Shown: one piece after another, positions 29,831-41,812 of the stretch
Layout: each line of letters opens with the position of its first letter
Numbering within the stretch: position 1 is the first letter of the stretch
NCBI GenBank assembly: GCA_963775895.1
Contig: CAVZKL010000013.1
Coordinates: 34,636 to 98,635 of the forward strand
From: Candidatus Bathyarchaeota archaeon
GTDB lineage: Archaea; Thermoproteota; Bathyarchaeia; Bathyarchaeales; Bathycorpusculaceae
Direction: 5' to 3'
DNA: 64,000 nucleotides
Position numbers and translations under genes: made by a program
Notes under the pieces: model-generated
What the model was told of the DNA's origin: nothing
Databases searched by the model: none
Seen by the model: only the letters and a program-made list of their open reading frames with translations

Positions 29831-30911
29831 CTAATTTAGGATGATTCTCTTGTTCTTGTACAGAATTCTGATTCCTTCTCGATTCGACACGTGTCCTATC
29901 TGTTCAGATCCTTGTTCCGTCTTCTCGAGGATGTCAACCGCCTTGTCTGCGTCAGTCTTGTTTACGATTACGGCAAAGCCCCAGCCCATGTTAAACGTTT
30001 TGAACATCTCCTCGTCCGTTATAGGAGTCTTGAGTTTGCTTGCAGTCTCTCGGATTACGTTGAACACGGGTTGCGGTTTGAAGTTGTCGAAATCGAAGCC
30101 TATGCCTTTTGAGAATTTGGTAAACCGGCCAAATTTCAGGTATGCGTCGCCAGTGATGTGCACCGCTCCTTTCAATTCGAGCTCAGCTGCGAGTCTGAGG
30201 AATGGTTTCACGTAAATTCTGGTCGGTTCTAAAACTTCATGGACTATTTCCTTTGTTAGCCCATCTGGGACGTCGTCTGGTTCGTATCTTCCGCCCCATT
30301 GTTTGAACAGTACCCTTCTGAGCGAGTGAAATGCCGTTGCTGTGAACGCCAGAGCTTCTCAGCCCGATTATTGAATCCCCTGGTCTTATGCCTTTGCCGG
30401 TTATCACTTTGTCCTTGAACACTTCACCTATGGAAGCGAAGACCATGTCGAACCCTTTGCCTTCGCGAAGCCCCTTTATCAAATCAGCTACGTCACCGAT
30501 CTCGCCGCTGGGCACTACGCATTCAGATTCTTCCGCGCCTTTCACGATTCCCTTCATCCATTCTTGCACAAGAAAAGGGTCAGAGACTTGCGCATGGATG
30601 TTGTCCGCCACTGCCAACGGTTTAGCCCCTGATCTTATGACGTCGTTGACAGCCATTGCGACGCCGTCAATTCCGATAGTACTGTATTTTCCTGCAAGCT
30701 GTGCAAGCAGAACCTTGGTGCCTACTCCTTCAATGACCAAGTCGAGATAATGGTCGTCAAATGGGAATACTCTTCCAAATGGAAGCTCAACAACTTTTCC
30801 ATAGCGACTGTTACTATAAGTCCGTGTTAGAGTTTGAAGTGCTTTCTTGGATTCAGCTCTTCGGTCTCTGTCCACACCAGTATCGGAATAAGTGAGTTTC
30901 CGAGTCATCAT
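29831..30911 (-). CDS. purM: AIR synthetase (frameshifted)
   Basis: TYSDTGVD, EGVGTK, AMAVND, SSGVHSNG, HITG and TFNMGWG. Confidence 0.9.
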
Positions 30912-31016
30912 GGAACCTTCTGGCCCGAATTCTAGTTGTCTTGGACTTATAAAAAAGCACCCTCGAAATGCGGACAAGAACTGCCATATTCAAAGTTTGG
31001 ACTGCGCGGACGACGT

Positions 31017-31439
31017 TTATCTCTGTCTCAGTGGTGTTTCATATACCATAGGTAGGCGTCTTGCGCTGTTTTCCGAGGCCATTAACATGCTCAAGAGAAC
31101 GTAATACTGCCTCAGGAATAGTTGCCCTTTGACGCTTGCCCGGTACACTGGTCTACGGTCTGATATGTACCGTTCGATAAATCCTATTTCAATGAGAGAA
31201 TTTAGAAACTTGTTAAACTGACCTGAGTTGATGTTGGCATGTTTCATGATCGAGAACTTTGCTCGATCGCCGTCCTTGACAGCCTCAACCATCAATGCAA
31301 TTATCTCAAAATGGCTTCTGTACTTCTTACCTATCGGAAAGCTGCACGTCCGGTATTTCACTCTGAGAAGGCAGATACGGAAGGACATGGTCATCAGATA
31401 GGTTTCCAAGCTTTGGCACTTCATTATAATACCACTCAT
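31017..31439 (-). CDS. Winged-helix transcription regulator (start uncertain)
   Basis: YRSHFEII...IMKHANIN...LIEIGFI...YRASVKG. Confidence 0.7.
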   Translation of the reverse strand: MSGIIMKCQSLETYLMTMSFRICLLRVKYRTCSFPIGKKYRSHFEIIALMVEAVKDGDRAKFSIMKHANINSGQFNKFLNSLIEIGFIERYISDRRPVYRASVKGQLFLRQYYVLLSMLMASENSARRLPMVYETPLRQR

Positions 31440-31469
31440 TTAATGAAATAAGCCATTTTTCTGTAGACT

Positions 31470-31564
31470 CTATTGAAAACACTTGCATGACTATTGAAAG
31501 AATTGAATCGGTACGTATCGGGTCTCGAAGCATTTATTATTAAGGTCAATTGAAACTATTGAAT
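31470..31564. promoter_or_regulatory. Direct-repeat operator-like array (ATTGAA x5)
   Basis: ATTGAA at 31472, 31493, 31502, 31549 and 31558, including two copies of ATTGAAAnnATTGAAT, between divergent genes. Confidence 0.5.
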
Positions 31565-31621
31565 AAGAGACAAACTCTTTAATTCAGCTGAGATTAGACT
31601 ATTTGATAGGGGGACAAATGC

Positions 31622-32221
31622 GTGTCTCAACGTCGACTACTGCCGCAAGAAGTGAAATTTCTCGAAGAAGCAGCTAGCGCAGATGTTGTTTCCAGCAACC
31701 TACGCTTAAGAGAAGGCGAGTACCAGTACAACCTGGTCAAAGCCATTGCGTCCTTCCAGCTGGACCTCACGTTCCCCGATGTGAGAGATCTGATTAGAAA
31801 GCTGTACGGAGAAGAGAAGACTCTTGACTTGCAATTCGTCCGCAAGATCCAGACCATATTGAAGAAGATGGAGAAGAGCAACCTGGTCAAGATATTGCCA
31901 AAGAAAAATCCTTGGCAACTTCAACGATACGCGCTTTCAAGCTATAGATTTCAAGACAGCGACAAGAACCTTGTTGTTCTGGCGACAGACCAACAGATTA
32001 AACAAACGCAAGATGAACTTCGCTCCGCTTTGACGCAGCAAGATATCAGCAAGAGAGACTATCTCAAGACTCTGGCCATGACTTTGATTCTTGTTGCATC
32101 CTACGCTGTCGTCGTATGGTCTGTGGTGCAACCGATCATAAACCCAATCGTATTCGTCCCCGGACTCTCAGTAGCGATCGTGTCTTCTCTTATAGAAGGC
32201 AAAATGCTCGCCGGAAGATGA
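31622..32221 (+). CDS. Putative wHTH protein with two C-terminal TM helices
   Basis: IQTILKKMEKSNLVKILPK...RYAL and a hydrophobic C-terminus. Confidence 0.6.
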   Translation: MSQRRLLPQEVKFLEEAASADVVSSNLRLREGEYQYNLVKAIASFQLDLTFPDVRDLIRKLYGEEKTLDLQFVRKIQTILKKMEKSNLVKILPKKNPWQLQRYALSSYRFQDSDKNLVVLATDQQIKQTQDELRSALTQQDISKRDYLKTLAMTLILVASYAVVVWSVVQPIINPIVFVPGLSVAIVSSLIEGKMLAGR

Positions 32222-32273
32222 TTCTGAAAATGATCCTGTCGTTTAGTTGCCTTACGCATCATGAAAAGGAAAC

Positions 32274-33778
32274 GTGGTCGCTTTGATAAAACCCTCTTGG
32301 TTCATATTCATCCTATTGTTCTTGATGTTCATGCTTCCTCTTACAAGGCTCCACTTTGCGAAAGCAGGATTCCAGACAATACACGTTCCAGCCGACTTTC
32401 CGACTATTCAGAGCGCCATAGACAACGCAAACCCGGGCGCAACGATTCTGGTAGCCAGCGGAACATATGTTGAACATCTTATCATCGATAGGAACCTGCT
32501 TTTGATTGGAGAGGACAGGGACACCACGATAATCGATGGCAATGGAGCTGATACCGTGATTTCAATAGCAGTAGATGACGTTACGATCGAAAGCTTCACG
32601 ATCACGAAAAGCGGTTTGCAAAATTATACCACTGGAATTGGCGTGAATCAAGCAAGAGGCATTTTCATAGACCATGTCAAAGTAATGAACACCTATACAG
32701 GCATTGATTTGTCCTCTTCGACCAGCAATGATGTCGCAAACAGTATCATCGTCAACAATACCAACGGGTTGGTGTGTCTATACTCGAATAGCAACCTTTT
32801 TTCGAACGACACTTTTTCAGGTAACGGGCAAGCAATCAGCCTCTATTACTGTGGTACTGATACATTCGTTGGCAACACTCTTTCTGACGATGTTGAAGGA
32901 CTTTTTCTTTCGTCCTCAAGCAACAAGAACAATTTTTATCACAACAACTTCGAGGACGAAGCTCCTGTCACAAGCGGATCATCCAACATCTGGAACCATG
33001 GAAACGAAGGAAACTATTGGGCAGACTACAATTTCACCGGTCAAGATGCGAATGGCGATGGTATCGGCGCGCAACCCTATCAAATAGACGACAACAACTT
33101 TGATTACTATCCTCTAATGGGGACCTACGCTGAATACAATATCAACCTCGGAAACCTCACGTACTACATCACAAATATCAGTAATTCAACGATCTTTGAT
33201 TTGCGATTCGAAATCGATGGTCAGACAGGCAACAGAATTCTCAGTTTCAACGCTACCGGAGACGCAAAGCACGACAGGTTTCTGTCGAATCACGATTCCT
33301 ACGTCGTTGATGGGCCCACCATTCATGGTCACAACTTCCACAGGGGCAGTAACTGCGTCTTTGCTCGGCCCCTCGAACGGGACAATTTCATATCTTTACT
33401 TCAGTTATCCAAACGACAACTTGACCCTCTATGTGATTTACTCTAGTGAACTGCAGCTTTACAATGAGTTACTGAACAAATACGCCAAACTTCAAGCGGA
33501 TTTCATCAGTTTGAACTCAACCTATCAGCACCCTGCTGAGCAAGTACGATGCCCTCTTCCAGAATCTCACTCAGCTTCAGAGCGATTTGCTTTCCTTAAA
33601 CTCCGCCCTGGAGCAGAACTTGTTGAACCAATCCGAAAATGCACAGAACCTTCGCAATCTTACGTATGTCTTTGCTGCTCTCACGGCAGCTTTTCTCATA
33701 ACCACCGTGTACCTGTCAAGCCGCTTGTACCTCACAAAGAAGCAAAAAACCTACAAACCACAAGAAGAAGATAACTAA
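32274..33778 (+). CDS. Secreted right-handed beta-helix (NosD/CASH-like) surface protein with C-terminal coiled coil and TM anchor (frameshifted)
   Basis: Signal peptide, VPADFPTIQSAID, NNFYHNNF...GNYWADY and DYYPLM; continues through two overlapping ORFs to a TM helix. Confidence 0.75.
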
Positions 33779-33853
33779 ACAGCTCAATCCGGATGGTTGT
33801 ACGGGAAAGAATAAAAGTTCAAGCGAGTTATCTCATTTTCGTAACATTCTAAG

Positions 33854-33930
33854 GCGGTCGTAGTCCAGCCTGGCTAGGACATCGGCCTCCCACGCCGACG
33901 ACCCGGGTTCAAATCCCGGCGACCGCACCA
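33854..33930 (+). tRNA. tRNA-Gly (CCC), no intron, CCA encoded
   Basis: GCGGTCG/CGACCGC acceptor stem, TCGGC-CT-CCC-AC-GCCGA anticodon arm and GTTCAAATC T-arm. Confidence 0.95.
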
Positions 33931-33963
33931 TGAATTTAGCGCGCGCACTGGGGACAACGATGT

Positions 33964-36900
33964 CTATACGTGCTTCCTGAAGTTCAGAGTATGGCAACTA
34001 TATCCCGCATATCCACCCGGCCGTCTCGATTAAGGTCTGCATAGGGGTTCCACTTGGCGCGTCCTGGATACGACCAGAAAGCAATCATCCCCGTCAAAAC
34101 GTCCTTCATATCAACCATGCCGTCCCCATTAAGATCTCCCATGATCCTGAGTTCCACTTGTCCAGCAACGAGTTCATTGTTTGCTGTGTTCGTTTCGCCC
34201 GGAACGGTGCTTGCCACTGCGCTTATCGTGTAGTTGTAGCCGCATGGAACTAGTGTAGTGTTCCAATCAAAGCTCAGTGTCAAGGTAGCATTTCGGGCCC
34301 AAGTTCACGACGTTCTGCGTTGCGATCGCCGTGTTGTTGTAATACAAAGTCAGTGTGAAGTTTTCAGTTGCATTTCCGAGGTTTGCTACAGTCGCGTTGA
34401 GCTTCAGCGTCCAGCCTTGATAGGCGAAACTCGGCAAGCCCGTTATATCGGTCACTGCAACATCATGGATCAAAGCCACGCCTGGCTCGACGGTGACTAT
34501 CCCGTCATAGCACAAGTTGTCTTGACCGTCCGTTTCGCATGGAACAGCGGACGCTTCTGCATGGATTTCATAGTCTGCCGGGGCAACGCCTGAGGTGTTC
34601 CAAGTAAAGGTGAGAGTCCGCTTTTCACCGGGAGCGAGGCTTAGGACAGACAACGTTCCTATCAGTGTATTGTCCAGTAACCGTCACTGATCGCAACTCG
34701 TAGAACCCGTTCTCTTTGGCCGTTGCGATATCGACGTTGTTCGGGTCGTCTAGAATAGTGTCTGTGTTGTTTATGTTCAAGTTAGACGAGTACGTTTGGC
34801 CATTTTGAGGAGCAGCTGTTACTTCGAACTCGATTATGCACAATTTGCCACTTCCGTTGAAGGGCGGTTCTTGAAGGAATGACAATAATGTGGCACCGAC
34901 CAAGGCATAGTTCGTTCCAATGTCTTGTGCCGCTAATGTTGTTTCGTTTGCGAAGACGTATTCAGGGTCCCACCGGGGTTCAAACCAACGTGTCGGTTTT
35001 AGGATTGTGCCATCGAAGTATACGCCCACTTGCCAAGTGTAGAGGTTTGCAACGTTGTCAACTCTGAATGTCACGTTAAACAGATACCCAGGTTGAACCG
35101 AGTCTGTCGTGAAATTATACTCGGACGGGTCGAGATATACCCTGGTTTCCAAGGAGTGCATCAGAGAAGAAGTTTGTGAGGTGGTCTGAACGACCGCGTA
35201 AGTACTGACCTGGAAGTTTTCAGAAAAGTTGCCTTTGTTCTCAACGACCACAGCAATGTTAACAGGGTTTCCGGCAGGTGCTTCCTTGGCGGACGGGCTC
35301 ACACTGTCAACAGCTACGTTGCGTATCCCGAGAAACGGTAAGAAAACCACTGTGTCACCGAAGTCAAGGTTTGACAGGTCCTCAGCGAGTATGTGTCCGG
35401 CTCCGTTGGAAATGCCAACGGTCGCTAACGGGTGTCCGACGAAGTGGTCGTAGTTGAACTGAATAACACCTTCGGAGCTCAGAACCACCTCGAAGTTGGC
35501 AGGAGAACCTGCGCCGAAGGCCTCGACGTCCCAACGGATGCCAACGTACATTCCGCTTTGCCAGATGTATATGTCATGCGGAGAATAGGTGTCCCAATCG
35601 TACCAAGCAGCGGCTATCGCTAGTTTGCCAGACAGTGCAGAAACGCTGTGGACCGCATCGGCGTCGGGACCGAGAAATGTTATCAAGCCGTTGCTTGACA
35701 CGTAGATGTTATTGTAGAGCACGCCGTAGAATGGAAAGCTGAAGGGAAGAGTATAATTCCAACTGCCGTTGTCTGCGTGCCAGTTCATGGCCGTGCCCTC
35801 GCCAACTGCTTCGTGTGGCACGTAAGATCGTACGTAGAATACGGAGACCCATTTTGTGACAACGTTGTTCGCAACGTTTGTTTCTCCTGCCAAAGGCGGC
35901 GTGTAGGCCACAAGGCTGTACATTCCCGGTTCGGTCGGCGTCCAGTCGAAGCTGACGTCGTAGTTTTGTCCTACGTCCAATTCGGGAACTGTTGTGCTGC
36001 TAATCGTGGCGTTGTTGATGAGGAGGTACAATTCAACATTCGATTCGTTGTTCAGTCCTCTATTGGTGACAGTGAAGTTAACTGATGTTGACTCATTCAA
36101 CTGCATCGAAAACGGGACGGTTAGACTCGATGCCACGTCGTGCTCAACTCGAATTGGCATTGAGAGCCAGTCTATCATGTTGTCAGCGAGAAGCATGTTG
36201 TTTGCCTGATTGATGTAGTAGTCAAACAGTCCGTAAACATCAGCGTAGCCCGCGACCTTCCCGCTCGGTTGCTCAGAAACTGCAAGCATGGTGTTGTTCT
36301 GAAGGTCTCTGATTAAGCCCTGTGCAGTCCCGTTCAAGTATAATGTCATCGATGGAGAAGCAAGGTATACGGATTCGACTCCGGCAGTAACAGGATGCGG
36401 GGTGATATCTGTGGTGATGCCACCGACGCCTCCCCACGACCAGGCGATCCCTGCAAAACCTGTCAGGTCTGTAAAGATGCTTGGATTGTAGCCGCCGATG
36501 ACCAGTAATCCACCACCGTTCAAGACGAAACTCTGTACTGCCGATAATTCATCCGCCGCATACCAACTCGAAGCGTCCGGAATAATGAAAACGTCATATT
36601 TTTCCAACACCTCGTACGTGACCGGATACGTGTTTAAAGCATCAACCACGTAGCCTCTTCCTTCCAGGCTTGTTATCCAAAGGTTAAAATCGCCGATGTA
36701 ATCAGTACCATGAACCTGATCGAAAAGAATGTGCTTGATGGTTCTTACAATGGTGATTTCCACTGCAACGTTGTTCTTCAAGTAGTTTTCGCCGAGGGCA
36801 GGCAGAGCATAAGCTGTTATGTTATAATAAGCCGCATTTGCCGGTGTCCACGGAGAGCTGAATGTGTAAGACTCTTTGGTCGGCAGCCCAGAGACTGTCG

Positions 36901-39900
36901 TAGAATCAAAAACCGTTCCATTTATCATCAACTCTAACTGCACATTGGTCTCATTGTTCAAACCGCGGTTGTACACCGTCGCGTTTAACACGGTTGACGT
37001 ATTGGGCTCCAGAAAAGTCGGAGCCTCCAGACTCACAGCCAAGTCATGCTCGGGTCTGACTCCAACCCAGTTGAATATGTTGATCATCAGCCGCGTATTG
37101 TCAGCCACTCCTAAACCGTCATTGTCCATGACATTGCTGTCAGACAAAACGACGACTGCACCGTCGTCCGACGCTGATAGAAAAGCTAAACGTTGACCTG
37201 AATAAGTTATCCACGCCACTGGAGTTGATGGTGATACGGCAGATATTTCTTGAACCCAGTCAACGTAGATTTGTGTTACCCCCTGTGTTATGGTGTGATT
37301 TGCGATGTCATTGGTGGTTCCATAACCGCCTGAGTTTAAGGTCAACAGTACACCGTACGGAGCCAGCAAGGTGTTCATGGTTGGCGGATAGCCTCCATCC
37401 GGTATGGCGAACAGCCCGCCGCCACCTAAGACCCAGTTGTGGATATCAGTTATTTCGGAAGGCGAAAAGTCAAATTCAGGATCCATCAAGACGAGAATAT
37501 CGTAATGGGAGAGCAGCGTCGAGTTTATCGGTCCAGTGGTCAATTCGTCAACGACGAACCCGTTTGCAGTCAGCACTTGATCTAGAAGCAAATAGCTACC
37601 GTTCAATAAGTCTCCATTATAGCCATGTGAACTATCAAACAGAACAAACCTCGTGGGACGAACATAAAGAAGGATCGAATCAATGTTGTTTGAGATGTCA
37701 TCCTCGCCTGACACGGGCGGAGAATAAGCAGTTATGTTGTAGATCTTTTCGTCAGTCGGATTCCAGAGATAGCTAATTTGGCAAGTTTCTCCGGCTGGCA
37801 ATTCTGCAGCGATTGTCGAGTTAACTACGGTGTCATCGATCAAGAGGTTCAATGTCACGTTGGTCTCATTGTTAACACCCATGTTGTTGACTGTTGCGTT
37901 CAGTAGCGCTGATTCGCCCGGCTGCAAGTATTTCGGTGCTTGCAGTTTGACAACAAGGTCGTGCGCTGGTTTCTGGTAACGTGACCAAACTATGGCGTTG
38001 TAAAGCAGTTGGAGGTGATGGTGGTAGTATGGCGGAACGATCTCAAGCCATGGAGAAATGTAAACGAGCCCTCTGTAGGTGACTATTGCGCTTTCTTGAT
38101 AGTGTCCTATTGCGAGATACTTGCCCCCTACTAGCTCGTCGGAGTCCCATCGCCCGTCGGTGGGGAGAGCTGTTCCGAGCTGTGGAAAGACCAGTGGGTT
38201 TGGCACATTGTTGAATACAGGGTGTGTCGTGTTCAATAGATGCAAAAGATCGGTGTAAGTCGCGGTCCACGAGGTGGTTTGATTCATCCCGAAAAGTGCA
38301 GCGAGCTTGTTGTTGTTTGGAACGTTGTAATAAAATGTTCCAGCAGTGGCTATCAGTCCATGACCTTCATGAACGTACTGTGTTATCGCTGCGATCTCCG
38401 AGTCGGTATACTGCAAAGACGCTGCACATGAAATTATCAAGACGTCTGCTTGCGTAGCAGCAATGTCCTCATACGTTATGCCTTCCTTGTACAGGCTAGT
38501 ATAGTCAACGTAGACCATGGTGTTTCCGAAGTCATACCACTGATCGGTCAGGGCTTGCCAGTCAACGATACTTTGTCCTAAAAAGTTGCCATAAGAGCGC
38601 AAAACCACTGCCTTTGTTGGAAATCCAACAAAGACATTCTTAGTCAAGACATTGTTCTCCAGATCCGTTTCCCCAGAAACTGGCACGACGTAGAGCGTAA
38701 GGTTATATGATCCCTCTGACATGGGACGCCACGAGAGGCTTACTTCAGCTTTGGCTCCACTGGCCAAAACGCCTATCATCACAAAGTTGGTTATTGAGTC
38801 GTTCACAAGAAACTGAACTGTCACATTGGACTCGTCGTTTGCTCCGAAGTTGAGTACGGTAGCGCTTATCGTTGCCGTTGTTCCAGGCTTAACGTAGAGA
38901 GGAGTCTGCCATTCATAAGCTATGAGGTCGTGATCGGGCGGCTTTTGTTCAACAGCCTTTCTAGCGTTTACTCGTCCAAACCCGTAGTAGGGATCAAAAC
39001 CTGGGCTCCCCAAGTCGTCAGCAGTTGTTTGCAGCCACTTTCTCACCCAGTCTCTAGTCTTGTTTGGATACAGACTCCAAACAAGGGCTGCGACACCCGC
39101 CACACACGGACAGGCCATCGAGGTGCCGCTCATATACTCGTAGTTCATACTGTAGCCCATGTAATTCATCGTTACAGTGTAAGTGGGCATCGTTGAGTAT
39201 ATGTCGACTCCTGGAGCGGCTAGTCCAATCCAATCTCCCCAATTTGAGAAGTAAGCGTTGTTATCGTTCTGATCTGTGGCCGCTACGGCAATCACTTCTG
39301 GGTAAGCGGCGGGGTATGACTTCGTGTTTGTGTTGTCGTTTCCAGCAGCGGCAATCAGTAGCACACCGGCGTTATAAGCGTACTTAATGGCATCATGGAC
39401 TAGTTCACTGTCTCCGTATCCACCCAGGCTCATACTGATTATGTTTGCACCCTGATCCGTAGCGTGTACAATTCCGTTTGCTACCCAATCCCAGTATCCA
39501 TAGCCGCCATTGTCCAGAACTTTCTCAGCCATTATATGAACTTGTGCTGTTCCCGCTATTCCGACGCTGTTATTCAAGACCCCAGCTATTATGCCGGCAC
39601 AGTGAGTTCCGTGTCCAAAGTCGTCTAGTGGATCTGCATCGTTGTTCACCCAGTCGTATCCTAGGGGCACGTAGTTTGCCGCGAGGTCTGGATGAGTGTA
39701 GTCGATGCCGGTGTCGACAACCGCAACTAAAACCGAAGATGATCCTTCAGTCGTGTTCCAAGCCCAGTCAGCCTCTATTTTCTGCGGTCCCCATTGCAGG
39801 CTCCAGTATGGGTCGTTGGGCGTGAATTGTGCTTGAACCTTCAAGTTCGGTTCAATGTAACTTGCCAGTCCCAGACGCTGAACTTCTCCCACAAAAAACG

Positions 39901-40345
39901 GGACCGAGGAAAAAAGAAGCTCAACGACCAAAGCTCTGGCTTTGCCGCCCATCGAAACGCTGTTGACAACTCTTGCCTGATGTTTAGCCGCTAGTGTTTC
40001 AAGCTGAATTATACTGTCAGGTTTCGAGCTGTCAACTCCGACTATTAGTCTTGTCTTGTTTCCGTCCATGTAAGCGAGACTGTTCCACTGACTGACGTTG
40101 TTGAAGTCCCACGTATCACTGCTGGAGGAAGATGGAACGCTTTTTTCGGACAGCTTGCTTTGCGCGCCTTTCTGTTGAACACTACTGCCAAACGGGCCTG
40201 TAGAAGGTATTCCTGCGGCAGAATTCCCCTGTGGCACAGTGCTTTGGCTGTACTGGGCCTGCGTTGGCCTTGTGATGAAAATTCCGCTAATCATGCTTGT
40301 TAGAAACAATAGTAGCATTAAGGTGCCGACAGCTTTCCTCCTCAA
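33964..40345 (-). CDS. Giant secreted subtilase (S8) with CARDB repeats, GATase-like modules, cohesin-like domain and C-terminal dockerin (3' part frameshifted)
   Basis: VDTG / HGTHCAG / SGTSMA catalytic triad; repeated HDLxVxL..P...ATV.N.G...E CARDB units; ORFs 34267-34653 and 33984-34283 continue it to the dockerin DLNGDGMVDMKD...DLNRDGRVDMRD. Confidence 0.88.
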
Positions 40346-40501
40346 TCTCCCTCCTCCAAACCCATTGGGAATAAGAGCGCGTAGCCAGTTGGTCTGCCAA
40401 TAATACTATGGAGTTCTTCTCGTTTAAACCTTCTGTCTCCTTGGCCAGCTCATCAAAAACCTTTCTCGGCACTAGTGGATGGCTATCTCTCTGACGGATT
40501 A

Positions 40502-41812
40502 TTAATCTGCGAACCGAGTTTTGTCATTCTCGATTTCTGGTTCTCGTTTCCTGCCTGTCACCAGAGCCACGAACATGAGAATGACCATTCCTAGAGTAAC
40601 TGCCAAGAAGACTCTCAAGGGCAAGGGAACGTATTCCTGAGCACCAACGGTGACGGTAAGTGTTGCAGAGTTGCTGAGACCCTCGTCGTTGGTTACGTCC
40701 AGTCTCACTTCGTAGAGTCCTTCACTGCCGTACACGTGTGAAACAACTGCTCCAGATCCATTGGTGCCGTCGCCAAAGTTCCAATCAAACGAAACTATTC
40801 TTCCGTAATCCACGGATGTGTTCGCGTTGAAAGTTATGGTCTGTCCAGCGTAAGCTGTGCTATTGTAGTCGACCAATATTTCAGGGATGTGACCAAAAAA
40901 ATCGGTGCCGAATATGCTCGCGGTGTGATTGCCCTGGTCAATGGGGAAGTAAATGTATGAACTTTGGTTGACCTCGGCTTCAATCTTGTCAATCGCCTTC
41001 TCGTCCACAGTAATATTGTATGGCCCTTTCAGAAAGTCCTCCTGCAGATTAAGATCTGCGAAGCCTGTCGTTCCCTGCTGGACAGTCAGGTTGATATCCA
41101 GTCTTTTTTGAAAATAGTCAAAGTCGAAGCCACCAATTGAAGCATTCGTGAAGACTTCGACTTCAAACGTTCTGTTTCCGTAAGGAAAAGACATCGTTTC
41201 AAGCGGAGGAGTCAATTCTGGAAGTGGTCCAGAATTTGGCACGTCAGCTTGATCGCCCCAGCCAAAACTCTCATAGGTTCCTTTGAAGTCCGAGTTCACG
41301 ACTTCTATTTCAGTAACGTCGCCGACCCATTTGTAGCCCCACTTGTGCGGAACAACCAGTCTAAAAAAACCCTGTATACCGCTTATGTCGGGAAGACCTG
41401 TCCCATTTGCTCCCAATGCAAGAATCGTGGTGGGTCTAAGGGCGTCATTCACGAGGAGGTCTGAGGAAAAACCGTCTGAGCCGCGCGTGACTACCTTGTA
41501 TGCTTCGGATCTAATCTTGGCAAGTGTCAATAGATAGAAAAGTGGTATTCCAGTCCAATTGTACGTGACGTCAGGAATGCCCATAACGCATTGCAGTCTG
41601 GCGACTTCTGAGACCATGGGAAAAGAAATCAGCTGAGAATAAGTCAAGTTTAATGGCCTGTCAACCAAACCGTAAATTCTGATCATACTCGAGTTCTGAA
41701 GCGCGGCAAACGTGCCTTGGACAGGAACAAATGCCATCGGAATCCCGCCTAGGACTAAAATCGCGAAAATCGTCCAAAGCTTTGCCGACACTTCTTCCAC
41801 CTTCCTATTCAT
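40502..41812 (-). CDS. Membrane-anchored sulfite-oxidase-family molybdopterin domain with PKD domain
   Basis: GLVDRPL, LQCV, WTGIPL and RLVVPHKWGYKWV; PKD WNFGDG; C-terminal TM. Start ATG 41812 overlaps the upstream stop. Confidence 0.8.
   Translation of the reverse strand: MNRKVEEVSAKLWTIFAILVLGGIPMAFVPVQGTFAALQNSSMIRIYGLVDRPLNLTYSQLISFPMVSEVARLQCVMGIPDVTYNWTGIPLFYLLTLAKIRSEAYKVVTRGSDGFSSDLLVNDALRPTTILALGANGTGLPDISGIQGFFRLVVPHKWGYKWVGDVTEIEVVNSDFKGTYESFGWGDQADVPNSGPLPELTPPLETMSFPYGNRTFEVEVFTNASIGGFDFDYFQKRLDINLTVQQGTTGFADLNLQEDFLKGPYNITVDEKAIDKIEAEVNQSSYIYFPIDQGNHTASIFGTDFFGHIPEILVDYNSTAYAGQTITFNANTSVDYGRIVSFDWNFGDGTNGSGAVVSHVYGSEGLYEVRLDVTNDEGLSNSATLTVTVGAQEYVPLPLRVFLAVTLGMVILMFVALVTGRKREPEIENDKTRFAD

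Noticed and set aside
31470-31564. ATTGAAA(G/C) motifs resembling CRISPR repeat 3' ends
   Set aside because: Only 6-9 bp are shared, the spacing is irregular (9-47 bp), there are no full-length repeats or spacers, and no cas genes are present.
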